Shown: positions 23,951 to 35,866 of the stretch, piece after piece
How the letters are laid out: each line of letters starts with the position of its first letter
How positions within the stretch are numbered: the first letter of the stretch is position 1
The notes under the pieces: model-generated
Database searches by the model: none
Seen by the model: the letters and a program-made list of their open reading frames with translations, nothing else
Told to the model about the DNA's origin: nothing
From: Chiloscyllium plagiosum
Lineage: Eukaryota
Assembly (NCBI RefSeq): GCF_004010195.1
Contig: NC_057753.1
Location: 6,463,629 to 6,504,627, forward strand
Reading direction: 5' to 3'
DNA: 40,999 bases
Translations under genes and position numbers: made by a program

Positions 23951-24524
23951 GTGAAAACACTGTCAAGAAAATGAAATAATCGTTGAGTTAGTATTTTATT
24001 TTGACTACAATTTGTGTTGCAAATTCAATGTGACGTTAGAGTTTTGTGGCCAGCATTGTCAAAATGTCCTTAGGCATGTCTGACCCAAATTGCATATTTC
24101 TGTTCGTACACTTTCCATTGCTCCACAGAACAACAGAAGGAACCCTACACCTTAAACATGGTCATCACACGGCGCTCAACAATCAACATCTACAAGATTG
24201 TGGGACATCATGTCTGTCAGCTCCAAAAGCGTTCCATGTGTTTTCGCTCCCTTGCCAACATTTCTGACGAACCATTTACCCCACCAAAAACTTGGCACCT
24301 CCTCCTCCACACCCTTTGCCAATCTCTGAGATTTTGGCTGATTTTAGATCCATTACTATCAGTCATTCCTTTCCCTTGTTTCACTGCAGTGTAGAGTCAG
24401 TGAACCGAGTGGAATGTCCCAGAAGCTCTCTTCCTGAGTCTTTAACTCTCGAACTATTACGGAGAATCCCGGAGATGTGCTGTTCGCAATTATCCCTGTT
24501 TTGGGTGTTTCCCATTGGGTGAAT

Positions 24525-25095
24525 TGGTAATGCTGTGGACCAGGCCAAACTCCCTCAAAATATTTTAAGAAGGCGGCCCAGACCCTAACATTTTTTTAAG
24601 GCGGATGTGAGTGGACAATGCAGGAGGTACACAACTGTTAAAATCACTCGGCTCCCAGCACAACAGAACTTAAGCAAACAGTGCAGTTAAACACGTGTAA
24701 AGGAAAATAGAATTTAGCATAGCCTTACCATTTGTAAACCTACCGATTCGATATAGCAACTTAACTAAGGAACTGCTCCAATTCTCACAATATTACGTAA
24801 ACACATTCCGTTCGCAATAATCATAAATTAAAATGCAGGTTCTTAAAGACAGAACGATTTCAGACAGAAGACAGCCAGGGATCATCTGCTAAAGCATGAA
24901 AGCTATTTGCACTTTATTAGCTTCTGCTCCAACTAAAACTAAACCAATTTAGGAAAAAAAACTGAACTAGGAAATAGGGCTACTGCCCTGCCATTTTAAA
25001 GTAAACATTTGCAGATATTTCAGCACCTCTGACTTTACCTCTTTTCAAAAATGAGTGAAGGACTAAATAACTTTTTTAATGTGACAGCATCATTA
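24525..25095. mobile_element. Putative solo LTR (paralog of 4996-5552)
   Basis: tggtaatgctgt...acagcatcatta flanked by gaat/gaac. Confidence 0.4.
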
Positions 25096-25669
25096 GAACA
25101 ACAAGATCCAAACTCCTCCAACGGGTTCCTGATTAGATCTCTTTGGAACTCACTGCCCACATGGCTCCAGTCTGACAAACGTTCATCCACTAATACTGCC
25201 TTTTTCCTACAAACAAGCTAATTGTATGCCCACTTTTTGCAGATCCCCTGATTCAATGTGATCTCAGCTAAGTTAACATCCTACCATGTGGAAACTTATC
25301 AAAAGCCGTATAGAAATCATAGAGTCTAAGTCTAACACTTGCCCTCGTTACCCTTCTTGGTCACTTCATCCAATGTTGCAATGTGTGTCAAACACATTAA
25401 TCCGGGAGCGGAGAGATTTGAATTAGCGGCCATTGCTGAGAACTAAATGTTTATCTTCACTGGCGGGAGGTCTGCGGTAATAGTGAAGACATGGAAAGGT
25501 TGGGAGCTAGGAGATGGGATGGGGCTGAGGCTGGGTGTGTGGGTGATGAAGAGCTTATGACCGAAAGGTAGATTCTCCTTCTCCGTGGATGCTGCTTGAT
25601 TGCTGTGCTTTTCCATCATGACACTGTAGACTCTGACTTCCGGATTACAGTCCTCACTTTCTCCAAGGA

Positions 25670-26660
25670 CCTACCTCAGGCAGCTCCCTTAAACCTTCCT
25701 TCAATTACCTTAACGTTGTGGCCACTCGTGATAGGCACTTCCACTGTGAGAAAAAATCTGTCGCTATCCTCTCTATCCACGCCTCTCACAATCTTGTGCA
25801 CATCTCTATAAAGTCACCTTCCATCCTTCTTCGATCCAATGAGAACAGCGCTCGCCCCCGAACCTTTCTTTCATCATCCAGGCAGCATCTTCGTAATCTC
25901 TTCTGCATCCCCTTAAAAGCTTCGACATCCTTCTTAGACTGAGGTGACCAGAACTGAGCACAATATTCCAAGTCTAGTCTAACCACGGCCTCACGGAGCT
26001 GCAGTATAGTGTGCGCTCTGAAACTCAATCCCCATGCTAATAAAAGTCAACACATCACAAACCTACTTCGCAACCAGAGCAAGAATGGTGGAAACTTTGA
26101 GGGATCTATGGACATGGTCCCCAAGATCCCTCTGCTCCTCTACATTCTTTAAGCCTGTAATCAGCATTTAAATTCAACCTTCCCATGTGAATAACTTCAC
26201 TGTTTGAAGGCCATCTGACACTATTAGCATCGCTGGCAGTGCATTCTACCGACCAACCACCCTCTGTGTAAAGAACCTACAGAAGACATCCCACCTAAAC
26301 ATTCCTCCAAATATCTTTAACTTATGCCCCACGTAATCGATATTTCCGCCATGGGAAACAAAAGTCTTTTGCTGTCCACTCTATATTTGCATCTCAAGGT
26401 GTTGTACACCTGTATTAAGTCACCTCTCATCTTTATTCACTCCAATGATAAAAGTACTAGCTCCTTCAACTTTGCTAAACTGCTCTATTAACCTGGGTGG
26501 CAACTCTGAGGGATCTATCAACATGAATCCCATTATCCCTCTATTTCTGACTTTGGTAAGAATCCTGCCTTTAACCCTGTTTTCTGCATGCAAATTCAAC
26601 TTTCAAAAGTGAGTCACTTCACACCTTTCCGGGTTGAATTCTTCATCTGCACCTTACATT
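25670..26660 (-). mobile_element. Decayed CR1-type 3' fragments
   Basis: ORF 25786-26028 reads LQLREAVVRLDLEYCAQFWSP..KKDVEA...LFSLDRRRMEGDFIE. Confidence 0.7.
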
Positions 26661-26899
26661 TTATGGACAAATTACAGATGCACATATCAAAAGCCAGGGC
26701 CCACCACTGAGCCTCTGAACGGCTCCCATCAAAAGAAAACAGACTTCTAGTCACAGAAACATTCCAATGCCATCACTTTTCTTTGCTGACTTGCAGCATG
26801 TTTGAAAACATAAATTAATTCTTGGCATTGGATCTCATATCTTCTTGTCCAGTCTTCTACAATGGACATTATCAAAAGCATTGCTGAAGTCTATGTGGA

Positions 26900-29100
26900 T
26901 GTCAGTAGATCCATCCGAGATGTTAATCGCAGTTCCATTTTATCGGTGATGGCTGTGTTTACAGAGTGGAGTTACAGAGAGGTCGTCATGCTGCAGGTAC
27001 AAGAGGAAGGGAGATTGGTTGACGTCAGTGGATGGAAAGTGAATCTGCAGGCAGTGCAGAGACCCTTGCGGCCGTTTCCCTTAATAAGTATACCGTTTTG
27101 GATATTGTTGAGAGGCACAGCTTACAAGGGTAAGCACTGGGGCCTCTTGCCATCTTCTTTGTTCTTACTTACATATCTAAATCCCAGCACATACAACAAC
27201 CATTATTGTCCCTGCTCTATTCATGTTTCCGAAAGGGTAAGCAATGGGGCATAGCTCTCTGACACAAACGTTGGTCCTCTTGCTCAGGAGTGAAGGAGAA
27301 AGAGGAGCAGAACACTAGTCTATGGGGACTCCACAGTCAGGGGACAGAGATGAGGTTGTGTGGGGACGACAAAGACGCACGATTGTTGCGCTACCACTCA
27401 GGTGCCTGGATTCATGATGTCTCTGATCGTGTTTGCGGGATCCTCGACGTGGGGGGTGAACAACCCATGTCGTGGTCCAGATAGGCACCAGTGTCACAGG
27501 TAAGAAGAGAGACGGGGATTTAAGGTTGAAATTCAGGAAGATGGGTTGAGGGTAAAAGTTAGAAGAAACAGTGTTTTTACCTCTCGCTTGTTGCACGTGC
27601 CACATCCTCCGGAGGCACGGTGTCGGGAGAGATTGCAGTTGAACAGGTGGCTGCAGGGATGGTGCATGAGGCAGGGTTTTGGATTACTGGATAATTGGTG
27701 CTGTTTCTGTGGTAGGTGGGAGCTGTACAAACAGGATGATGCGCACCTGAACCAGAGGGGTCGCAATAACTTGATGCGGGTGGGGATTTTTTGCACATCT
27801 TTGAGTGGGCAGAAACTAATTTAGCAGAGTGTCGGGAACCTAAACTGTAGTTTCAGTTTCCAGGAGGTTGTTAGTTGAGATGAAATAAATAAGATTCTCA
27901 AGGTCTCAAGGTCTCAAGAAGTTGAATGTAAAGTGTCTACTTCAATGCCTGGAACATCAAGAAAACGTTGGTTGAACTTGCAACATGGGTTGGTATCTGG
28001 AATTTCGATGTTGTGCGGAGACATCATGAATCCAGGCATCTGATTGGTACCGCAACAATCGTGAGTCTCTGTAGTTCCCAGACAACCTCATCTCTGTCCC
28101 CTGACTATGGAATCCCCAGACACAAGTGCTCTGCACCTCTTTCTCCTTCACTCCTGAGCAAGAGGACCAACGTTTGTGCCAGAGAGCTATGCCCCATTGC
28201 TTACCCTTTCGGAAACATGAATAGAGCAGGGACAAAAATGGTTGTTGTATGTGCTGGGATTTAGATATTTCAGTCAGAACAAAGAAGATGGCAAAAGGGC
28301 CGGGTGTTGAGATATTGCTAAACAACGATATATGGGGGGTAGACACTAACCTGGAAATTATAGACCAGCGAGCTATACTTCGGTTGTGGGGAAAGTACTG
28401 GAAAAGGTATAAGATTTGCATTTATAATCCAGAGAGGAATAAGTTGATAAGTGATTGTCAACACGGTTTCGTGAAGGGTAGGTCGTGCCTGATAAACCAT
28501 TTTGAGTTCCTTTAGAAGGTGACCAAACAGGTGAATGAAGGTAAAGCAGTTGATGTCGTATATGTGGATTTCAGTGAGGCATTTGATAAGCTTCCCCGCG
28601 GTCGTCTATTCCACAAAATATGGTGTCATGTGATTGAGAGTGTTACAGCGGATTGGTTCGCTGAAAGAATACAGAGAGTGGTGATTGATATGAAATGTTG
28701 ATCCTGGCATTCTCTTGTCAGTAGTGTACCGCAAGGTTCTGTTTTGGGGCCACGGCTCTTTGTCATTTTGCAAGATGAATGGGTGAGGCCTTGGAAGGAT
28801 GGTTTAGTAAATGTGCGGGTGACACTAATTAGGTAATGTTATGGACAGTGTCGAATGATGTTGTTGATTACAGAGGGAAACAGATAATCTGCATTGCTGG
28901 TCTGAGTGGTATTAAATAGATTTGAATCCAGAAAATTGTGATGTGATTCGCCTTGGAAGGCGCAACAGGATTAAAGTGTACTGGGCTGATGGCAAGTTTT
29001 TTGGTTGTGTCGATGAACAAAGAGACCTTGGTGTCCATGTACATCGACACGTGAAAGTTTCCACCACGGTTGGTTGGGCTGTTAAAAAGGATACGATGCG
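26900..29100 (+). mobile_element. Rearranged CR1-type LINE: ORF1 SGNH/GDSL esterase, start of the ORF2 AP-endonuclease and an RT fragment
   Basis: Esterase-like pieces (VYGDS..GTEMRLCG...GAWIHDVSDR; LNRWLQGWCMRQGF...ELYKQDDAHLNQRG). Endonuclease start (VELATWVGIWNFDVV). RT pieces (LISDCQHGFVKGRSCLINHFEF; AVDVVYVDFSEAFDKLP). Contains frameshifts and stops. Confidence 0.8.
27140..28301. repeat. ~285-bp inverted repeat (27140-27424 / 28016-28301) inside the CR1 copy
   Basis: ggcctcttgccatcttctttgttct...ggattcatgatgtctc is the diverged reverse complement of gagacatcatgaatcc...agaacaaagaagatggcaaaagggcc. Confidence 0.9.
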
Positions 29101-29111
29101 TTCCATGTTAT

Positions 29112-30325
29112 TAGTTAAAAATCTCACAACACCAAGTTATAGTCCAATATATTTAATTGGAAGCACACGAGCTTTCTGAGCGTCGCTCCTTCATCAGGTC
29201 GTAGTGGAGGGCTCAATCGTAACACACAGAATTTATAGCAAAAATTTACAGTGTAATGTACATAAAATTATACATTGAAAAATTGATAGTTTGTGAAGCC
29301 TTTCATCTGTTAGAATATCGTGATAGCTTCACTTCTTTCATGTGTAATATACAAAATCTATTTTTAAAAGTTGCATTCTCGGGTTAGCTGTTAACTATGG
29401 TGATAGCAATATGCTGCACGTGTTCGCCCCCCGTGTTCACCGTTAATGCAATGCATCTAATCTAAAAAGTGAGATAATGGAGTTTTTCATGAATTCATGC
29501 AGTTTTTGAGCTCATAGTTCTACGTGAATGCATACAGTTTTTGAGAAAATTACAATGTAACCCTGCACGTACAAATTGAGATCACAAAATATATGTGTGC
29601 ATGTCGGTCTTTGTCTGTCTGTGTGTGTGTATGTCTGTCTGGGTTGGAGGTTGTGAGTTCGAGAAAGTATATGTGAGTGTGTAGTTAGTGCAGAGTGCCT
29701 TCCGTCTGTGAGGGGATGCTTGTGTGAATGTGGGAGTGTGTGTGTCTGTAAGGGTGTGTGCGGGTGTCCGTGTGTATGTGTGCATAGGAGTGCCTGTGTG
29801 TGTGTGAGAGTGTGTGTGGGTCGGAGTGTCTGTATGTGTGTAAAGTGCAATGGTGGTCACCTGTAATGTGACATGACCCCAAGTTCCCGGTTGAGGCCCT
29901 CCCTATGGGTAAAGAACTTAGCTATCAGCGTCTGCTCGGCCAGTTTGCGCTGCTGCCAATCCCGAAGTTTGCCTTGGAGGATAGTCACCCGAAGTTCCGA
30001 GGTCGAATGTCCTGGACCACTGAAGTGTTCCCCAACTGGGAGGGGACACTCCTGTCTGTTGATCGTTGTGTGGTGCCCATTCATCAGTTGTCGTAGCCTT
30101 TGCTCGGTTTCCCCAATATACCATGCCTCCGGGCATCCTTGCCTTAAACGTATAAGATCGACATCGTTGGCTGAGTCACATGAGCACCTGCCAAGAACAT
30201 GATCGCAGGTGTCCCCATGTGTAATGTTGGTATCAATGTCCACACTCTGACACGTCTTGCAGCGCCTACCGTGACAGGATTGTATGCAGTTGTCCTGAGA
30301 GCCGGGCAGCTTGCTACGAAAATGA
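29112..30325 (-). mobile_element. 5'-truncated Penelope-like element (family B), paralog of 7405-8605; GIY-YIG frame still open (29857-30387); hammerhead motif at 29166-29200
   Basis: SCHGRRCKTCQ...CPEAWYIGETEQRLRQLMNGH...PVGEHFSGPGH...EGLNRE. Reverse-complement CTGATGAAGGAGCGACGCTCAGAAAGCTCGTG. Confidence 0.85.
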
Positions 30326-31454
30326 ATGTGGGAGATGGTATTTGCAGACGGCAAAACGCCAGCCAAACTATTCCTCGTGAGGAACAAGGTTGTAGAATTA
30401 TTTGTTTAGTTGGCTCGAAATGCTATCAGTTATTATTCAATCTAGAGAATGTTCGGATTCAGAACGGATCACTTGTTGAAGATCTGTAATCCGTGACCAC
30501 AGTCTGATGAACACGTTGTTCAATTTTGAATTCGTTTGTGGGACTTCAGCGTCGCTGCCGACCACCATGGATAGCTCACCGCTATTTGCTCTTGATAAAG
30601 TCGTCTTGAGCTGCCTCACTTTAGAAATAGATTTGACTCAACATTGTTACTGAGATTGCAATCAGACATTTAATGCATTGCCTGAGGTAAGATGACACCT
30701 TTTTTAGATAGGCTGACTTCATCTTGATAATGTAATTCTGGATTTCCATATTAAAGAACATAAAACACCATATCCCGTTCAAAAAGATGGAGGGCTTAAT
30801 CTAAATTTGTTTACGAGCTATAATCTGTTGTTGTGTGATTTTTAAATAAAGTTGTTTCACATATCATAACAACTCCATGACACTGTAACAATTGCGCTCT
30901 GCATTCTGTGCTGTGCGGTCGTGTTCCACAGCCACCTGATGACGAGGCAGCGCTTTGAATGCTAGTGTTTTTACATAAACTAGTGAGACAAGAACATGGT
31001 GTTGTATGATCTTTAACAATGTTTTACAGGAGAAACACGTAGACTGGTGGTAATATGTATCAATGGGTATGAGGGCTTAGATAGACAGTGGAATGGATTG
31101 GCCGATAAGCCCTGATTATAATGAATGCTGCAGTGGTTTCCAGCGCTCGAACGATATATTCCTGCTCATCCTTGGAGTTTTTGCATTGACTATCGCATTC
31201 GAACTCCTGTTTTTTGGGTGTGAATTCGTCATAGAAATGATCAAAAATGTAACAAGTACTGACTGCTTCCCGCAAGGCGACACAGTCCAGCTGTGATCTG
31301 ACCAAAAAGCCAATCTGAGAGTTTGGACCATCAGCCGTTTGATCATCTTGTCATACATGTCGAGAATCAGCCAGATGTTTGTACAGACTTTGTTCCTAGG
31401 ACTTCAAGTACTCATTCGCAAATTGGGAGCCAGGAATTCTGGAAGGCAACAACT

Positions 31455-32160
31455 GCGCAACATAGAACAGTACAGGCCCTTCAACCCTCGATGCTGTGCC
31501 AGCTTTTTGTCTTACTCTCAGATCAAACTAACCTACACACTCTTCATTGTACTACTACCCATGTGCCTGCCCAAGAGTAGCTCCAATTTTTCTAATACAT
31601 CAAATTCTACTACCAGAACTGGCAGTACTTTCCACGTACCCCTTTAAATAACTGTCCGCTATTGTTAGCCATTTCTGCCCTTCGGAAAAACTTAGTCTCT
31701 CATAAATCACTCTATCTTTGCCTCTCATCACCTTGTACAATTTACCAAATCGCCTCTCACGGTTCTTCACTACAATGTAATAAATCTTAGCTGCTTCCAA
31801 TTTTTTTCATTAGAAATGCCCTCCAGTCAGGCAGCATCTAGAGCTTTCACATTCTTCCGAAAACGAGGTGAAAATAACTGAAAACAATATTCCATGTGTG
31901 GTCTAACCAGGGTTCTGTCGAGGTGCAGTAAAATCATGAGGCTCTTCAACTTAATTCCGTTCCTAATGAAAGCCAAAGCTGCATATGCCTTCTTCACAAT
32001 GCTATCAACTTTTATAGTAACTTCGAGGAATGTATGGACATGGATCCCAATATTCCTCTGTTCCTCTCCACTTCCAAGAACCCTGCCTTTAAACCCGCAT
32101 TTAAATTCGACCTTCTAAAATGAATCGCTTCCCACTTTTTCACTGTGAACTCCATTTTCA
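31455..32160 (-). mobile_element. Decayed CR1-type 3' portion (paralog of 9950-10690)
   Basis: Collinear with the unit 1 copy. Confidence 0.6.
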
Positions 32161-32511
32161 TTGACTTTTCATACCTTGATACCTGCAGTGTTCAGACGAC
32201 ATTAGATCAATAGATAGTTAAATAACAAATATCTGACAGAGAGTGACTCAAATGCAATTTTCTATGCACCTCTTGGAATGATGGCAAAAAGCTGATCCAG
32301 TTTGAAATTTTGAACACATCCCAATTTAACCCATTACTAATCCTCCTTAAGATGCTCCTTGAAATCTCCCACTTTGAAAAACAACTTTAGTAAAATGACA
32401 GAATTTTCAATGACTTAACTTTATGATTATATCATTAGTAGTCAACGCATGGGTGTATTTGTGAGTACTGAGAACGGCAAAGCAATTGGCTCAGATTAAT
32501 CAGTTGTTCCT

Positions 32512-33108
32512 NNNNNNNNNNNNNNNNNNNNNNNNNNNNNNNNNNNNNNNNNNNNNNNNNNNNNNNNNNNNNNNNNNNNNNNNNNNNNNNNNNNNNNNNN
32601 NNNNNNNNNNNNNNNNNNNNNNNNNNNNNNNNNNNNNNNNNNNNNNNNNNNNNNNNNNNNNNNNNNNNNNNNNNNNNNNNNNNNNNNNNNNNNNNNNNNN
32701 NNNNNNNNNNNNNNNNNNNNNNNNNNNNNNNNNNNNNNNNNNNNNNNNNNNNNNNNNNNNNNNNNNNNNNNNNNNNNNNNNNNNNNNNNNNNNNNNNNNN
32801 NNNNNNNNNNNNNNNNNNNNNNNNNNNNNNNNNNNNNNNNNNNNNNNNNNNNNNNNNNNNNNNNNNNNNNNNNNNNNNNNNNNNNNNNNNNNNNNNNNNN
32901 NNNNNNNNNNNNNNNNNNNNNNNNNNNNNNNNNNNNNNNNNNNNNNNNNNNNNNNNNNNNNNNNNNNNNNNNNNNNNNNNNNNNNNNNNNNNNNNNNNNN
33001 NNNNNNNNNNNNNNNNNNNNNNNNNNNNNNNNNNNNNNNNNNNNNNNNNNNNNNNNNNNNNNNNNNNNNNNNNNNNNNNNNNNNNNNNNNNNNNNNNNNN
33101 NNNNNNNN
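32512..33108. other. Assembly gap (597 N)
   Basis: Run of N. The flanks correspond to unit 1 positions ~11051 and ~11863. Confidence 0.99.
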
Positions 33109-33631
33109 CAGTCGAGCACATCTCCAGCTCCTTTTCGCTTGCTTGCTAAAGACAGAGCGTCATAATGTAGTACAGCAACGAAAGAAAAACCTTCAGTCCA
33201 ACTACTTCCTACCGTCCAGAATTAGAAACTGAACAGGTCACGTCTGCCTGGATTTGGTCCATCTGGCTTCGAATCTTTCCTATTCATGGACATATCCAAA
33301 CGTAGTTTTAACATTGCACACATGACCACCCCTGCGAATTCATTCTGCACACAGACCACCCTCTATGCAAAAGATGTCCCCTCTCATATCTTTGCATATC
33401 TCTCATCTCACCTTAAAATTATTCCCTCTGGTCTCAACGTACCCCAGTCATGGTTTTATATAGCTATAAGTTCACCGTTCAACCTCCAAAGCTTCAGTGA
33501 AAATGAATACTCAACCGTTCAAGTTATTCCTGAGAAGTCAAAGGTTCCATAACCCTCAGCATCCTGGTTAAAAAAAAAAACATGCTGAACTCCCCAATTT
33601 CATTATATAGCATTCCAATAATCGGAACATT

Positions 33632-33857
33632 TGAGGACTGCAGACTTTAGAAGCTGGAGATCAGAGTCAAAAATTGTGGTGTTGGAAAAGCACAGCTGGT
33701 CAGACAGCATGCGATGAGTAGGAGACCCGATGTTTCTCGCAGAAGCACTTCCTCAGGAATGCGTGACGAAGAGCTTATGCACCAAACGTTGACTCTCCCT
33801 CTCTGCCGATGCTGCCTGTACGGCTGTTGGTTTTCTAGCAACAGAATTTTTGACCCT
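33632..33857. mobile_element. Old palindromic pair of Penelope family A terminal repeats (paralog of 12440-12662)
   Basis: gaggactgcagac..gctggagatcagagtc...ggaaaagcacagctggtcagacagcat, then the inverted arm tgacgaagagcttatgcaccaaacgttgactctcc...gatgctgcctg...ttttctagca. Confidence 0.6.
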
Positions 33858-35129
33858 TTCCCATAATGGGTTGAAACGACATGGACTACAATGCTCCATG
33901 GGAGACGTCACTAACAATTTTAAATCTAAAAATGACGTCCCAATTCCTATCCTCAAACGTCTGGACAGTGAAGGCCAGCATACTAAATGCATTCCTAACT
34001 ATCCTATAAATGTGTGACATAAAGGTCAAAGAACTATGTACCTAATCTCCGAGGTCAGTCTTATCTATAATACCATGTCATGTCTTGCTTTAATTGAATA
34101 TTTCCTGCCTTGCTGTTTTCCAAAATGCATGTTTCATATTAATTACTGTTGAACTAGGTCTGCCATTGTTCCACGCCTTCACCCGTCGTCTAGAAATCCC
34201 TTTATAATCTTAGAAAACTGTCTTCACTGACTAATGGCCAGAGTTTTTGCTGTCATCCGTAACCTTATTGATTTTAGCTCTATTCTGTAACAAGATGAGG
34301 GCGTCGCTGGCTAGGCAGCATATATTGTCCATCCCTAATTGCTGGCAACAGGTCTCTAGTCCGAAAATAAAACTACCATCTACCAACCCTCTCTGTATCT
34401 TGCTAGCAAACATATTTCGTATTCAATTGCCATATTAACCCTGAATCCGATGTGATCAAACTTTATTAATTAGACGAGAATGTGAAGCCTTGTCAGAGGC
34501 TTTACTGAAGTCCAAGTAAACAACATGAACCAGTTCACTTATTGATGTTTTTGGATGTATCCTCAGAAAACTCAATCATCTGTTGGAGACATGATTTTCC
34601 GTGCACAAAATTATGCTGACTCATCAATCCTTGACTCAGGCAATGCATACACATCCTACATTTTAGCAGCACCGACAAGAACTCACACATCATCAAAGAT
34701 GGACTCAATATATCTGCAATTCCTCGGTTTCTCCTTGTATCCCTTTATAAGCAATGCCACTCTCCAGTCATCTGGAATCTCTCTCGTTGATATTCATGAT
34801 GTACATGTGTCTGCAAGGGCCCTGTGAATTCCTACCTAATTTTCCTCAATGTTCTGAGGCATGTGACATCAGGTCAAGAAAATGTATCGATATTTATATT
34901 TTCTAAGACTTCCAACACTTCCTGGTCTGTGGTGTGAACAATTTCAAAACACCAATATTTAGTCCTCTGCATTCTCTCGCCTTTGATAATTTCACCACAG
35001 TAAAAAAGAAGAGGACATAAAAGATTCACTTACTATCACATCTGTCTCGTGGGATTGAACACAAAGGCGACCTCTTCGAACTGTATTGGGTCCAGCTCTC
35101 TCTTTTGCCCTTTTGGTCAGCATCACTAT

Positions 35130-35866
35130 TGTCACCTTCCCCACCACAGCAGGAAGTGCACAACCTGCCCCTCATCATCTCCTCACCTCCATCTAAGACC
35201 CCAAAGAATCCTTTCACATCTAACAGAAATTTACCTGTACCTCTAAAAATGTCAATTACTGTATCCGTTGCACTTGATGTGGTCGTCTGTCGATTGCAGA
35301 GAGTGGATGTCAACCTGTGGATCGTTTCAGAGAACCTCGCTTCGAAACCCTCACTAACCAACCCCATTGCCCTGCGGTGGAACACTTCAACTCTCCCACA
35401 CACTTCACCAAGCTCATGGAAGTTCCTGGGCCTCTTCCATCGCCAAACCTGAGCGATCCAAAGACTGAAGGAAGAACGCCTCTTCTTCTGCCTTTGAAAA
35501 GTGCAACTACACCGGATTAAATGGACTTCATACGTTTCCTCATTTCCTCTTCCCTCACTTTATCTCAGTCCAAAGACTCCAACTTGATAAAATCTGCTGG
35601 ATCTATCAATCGGCATTCTCATCAATGCATTCCCCCCCATCTCTGACCTATATCCTTCCCCCACCTTCATCTACCGATTGCCTTCTCAGCTACCTTCCCG
35701 GGAACCCCACCCACTTACATTTCTCTCTCAAACATCCTCCCACAAGCCTCATTCCGGACGACAGTCTGATGACTGAAACTCGATTCTCCTGCTCCTCGGT
35801 TACTGCTTGACATTGTTTGCTTTTCAGACTCTGATCTCCAGCATCTGCAGTCCTCACATTCTCCCG
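35130..35866 (+). mobile_element. Decayed Penelope family A element (paralog of 14045-14797)
   Basis: HHSRKCTTCP; DRFRE..TNQPHCPAVEHFNSPTHFTKLMEV. Terminal ctctgatctccagcatctgcagtcctcacattctcc. Confidence 0.8.

Noticed and set aside
29857..30387. 176-aa open GIY-YIG ORF as a domesticated nuclease gene
   Set aside because: It is the 3' end of a truncated Penelope copy. The first motif is degenerate (NDVDLI), there is no RT, the ORF start lies in flanking DNA, and the paralog in unit 1 has a stop codon.
32435..33232. Long ORFs of 200-250 aa (also 38398-39075)
   Set aside because: Artefacts of N runs.
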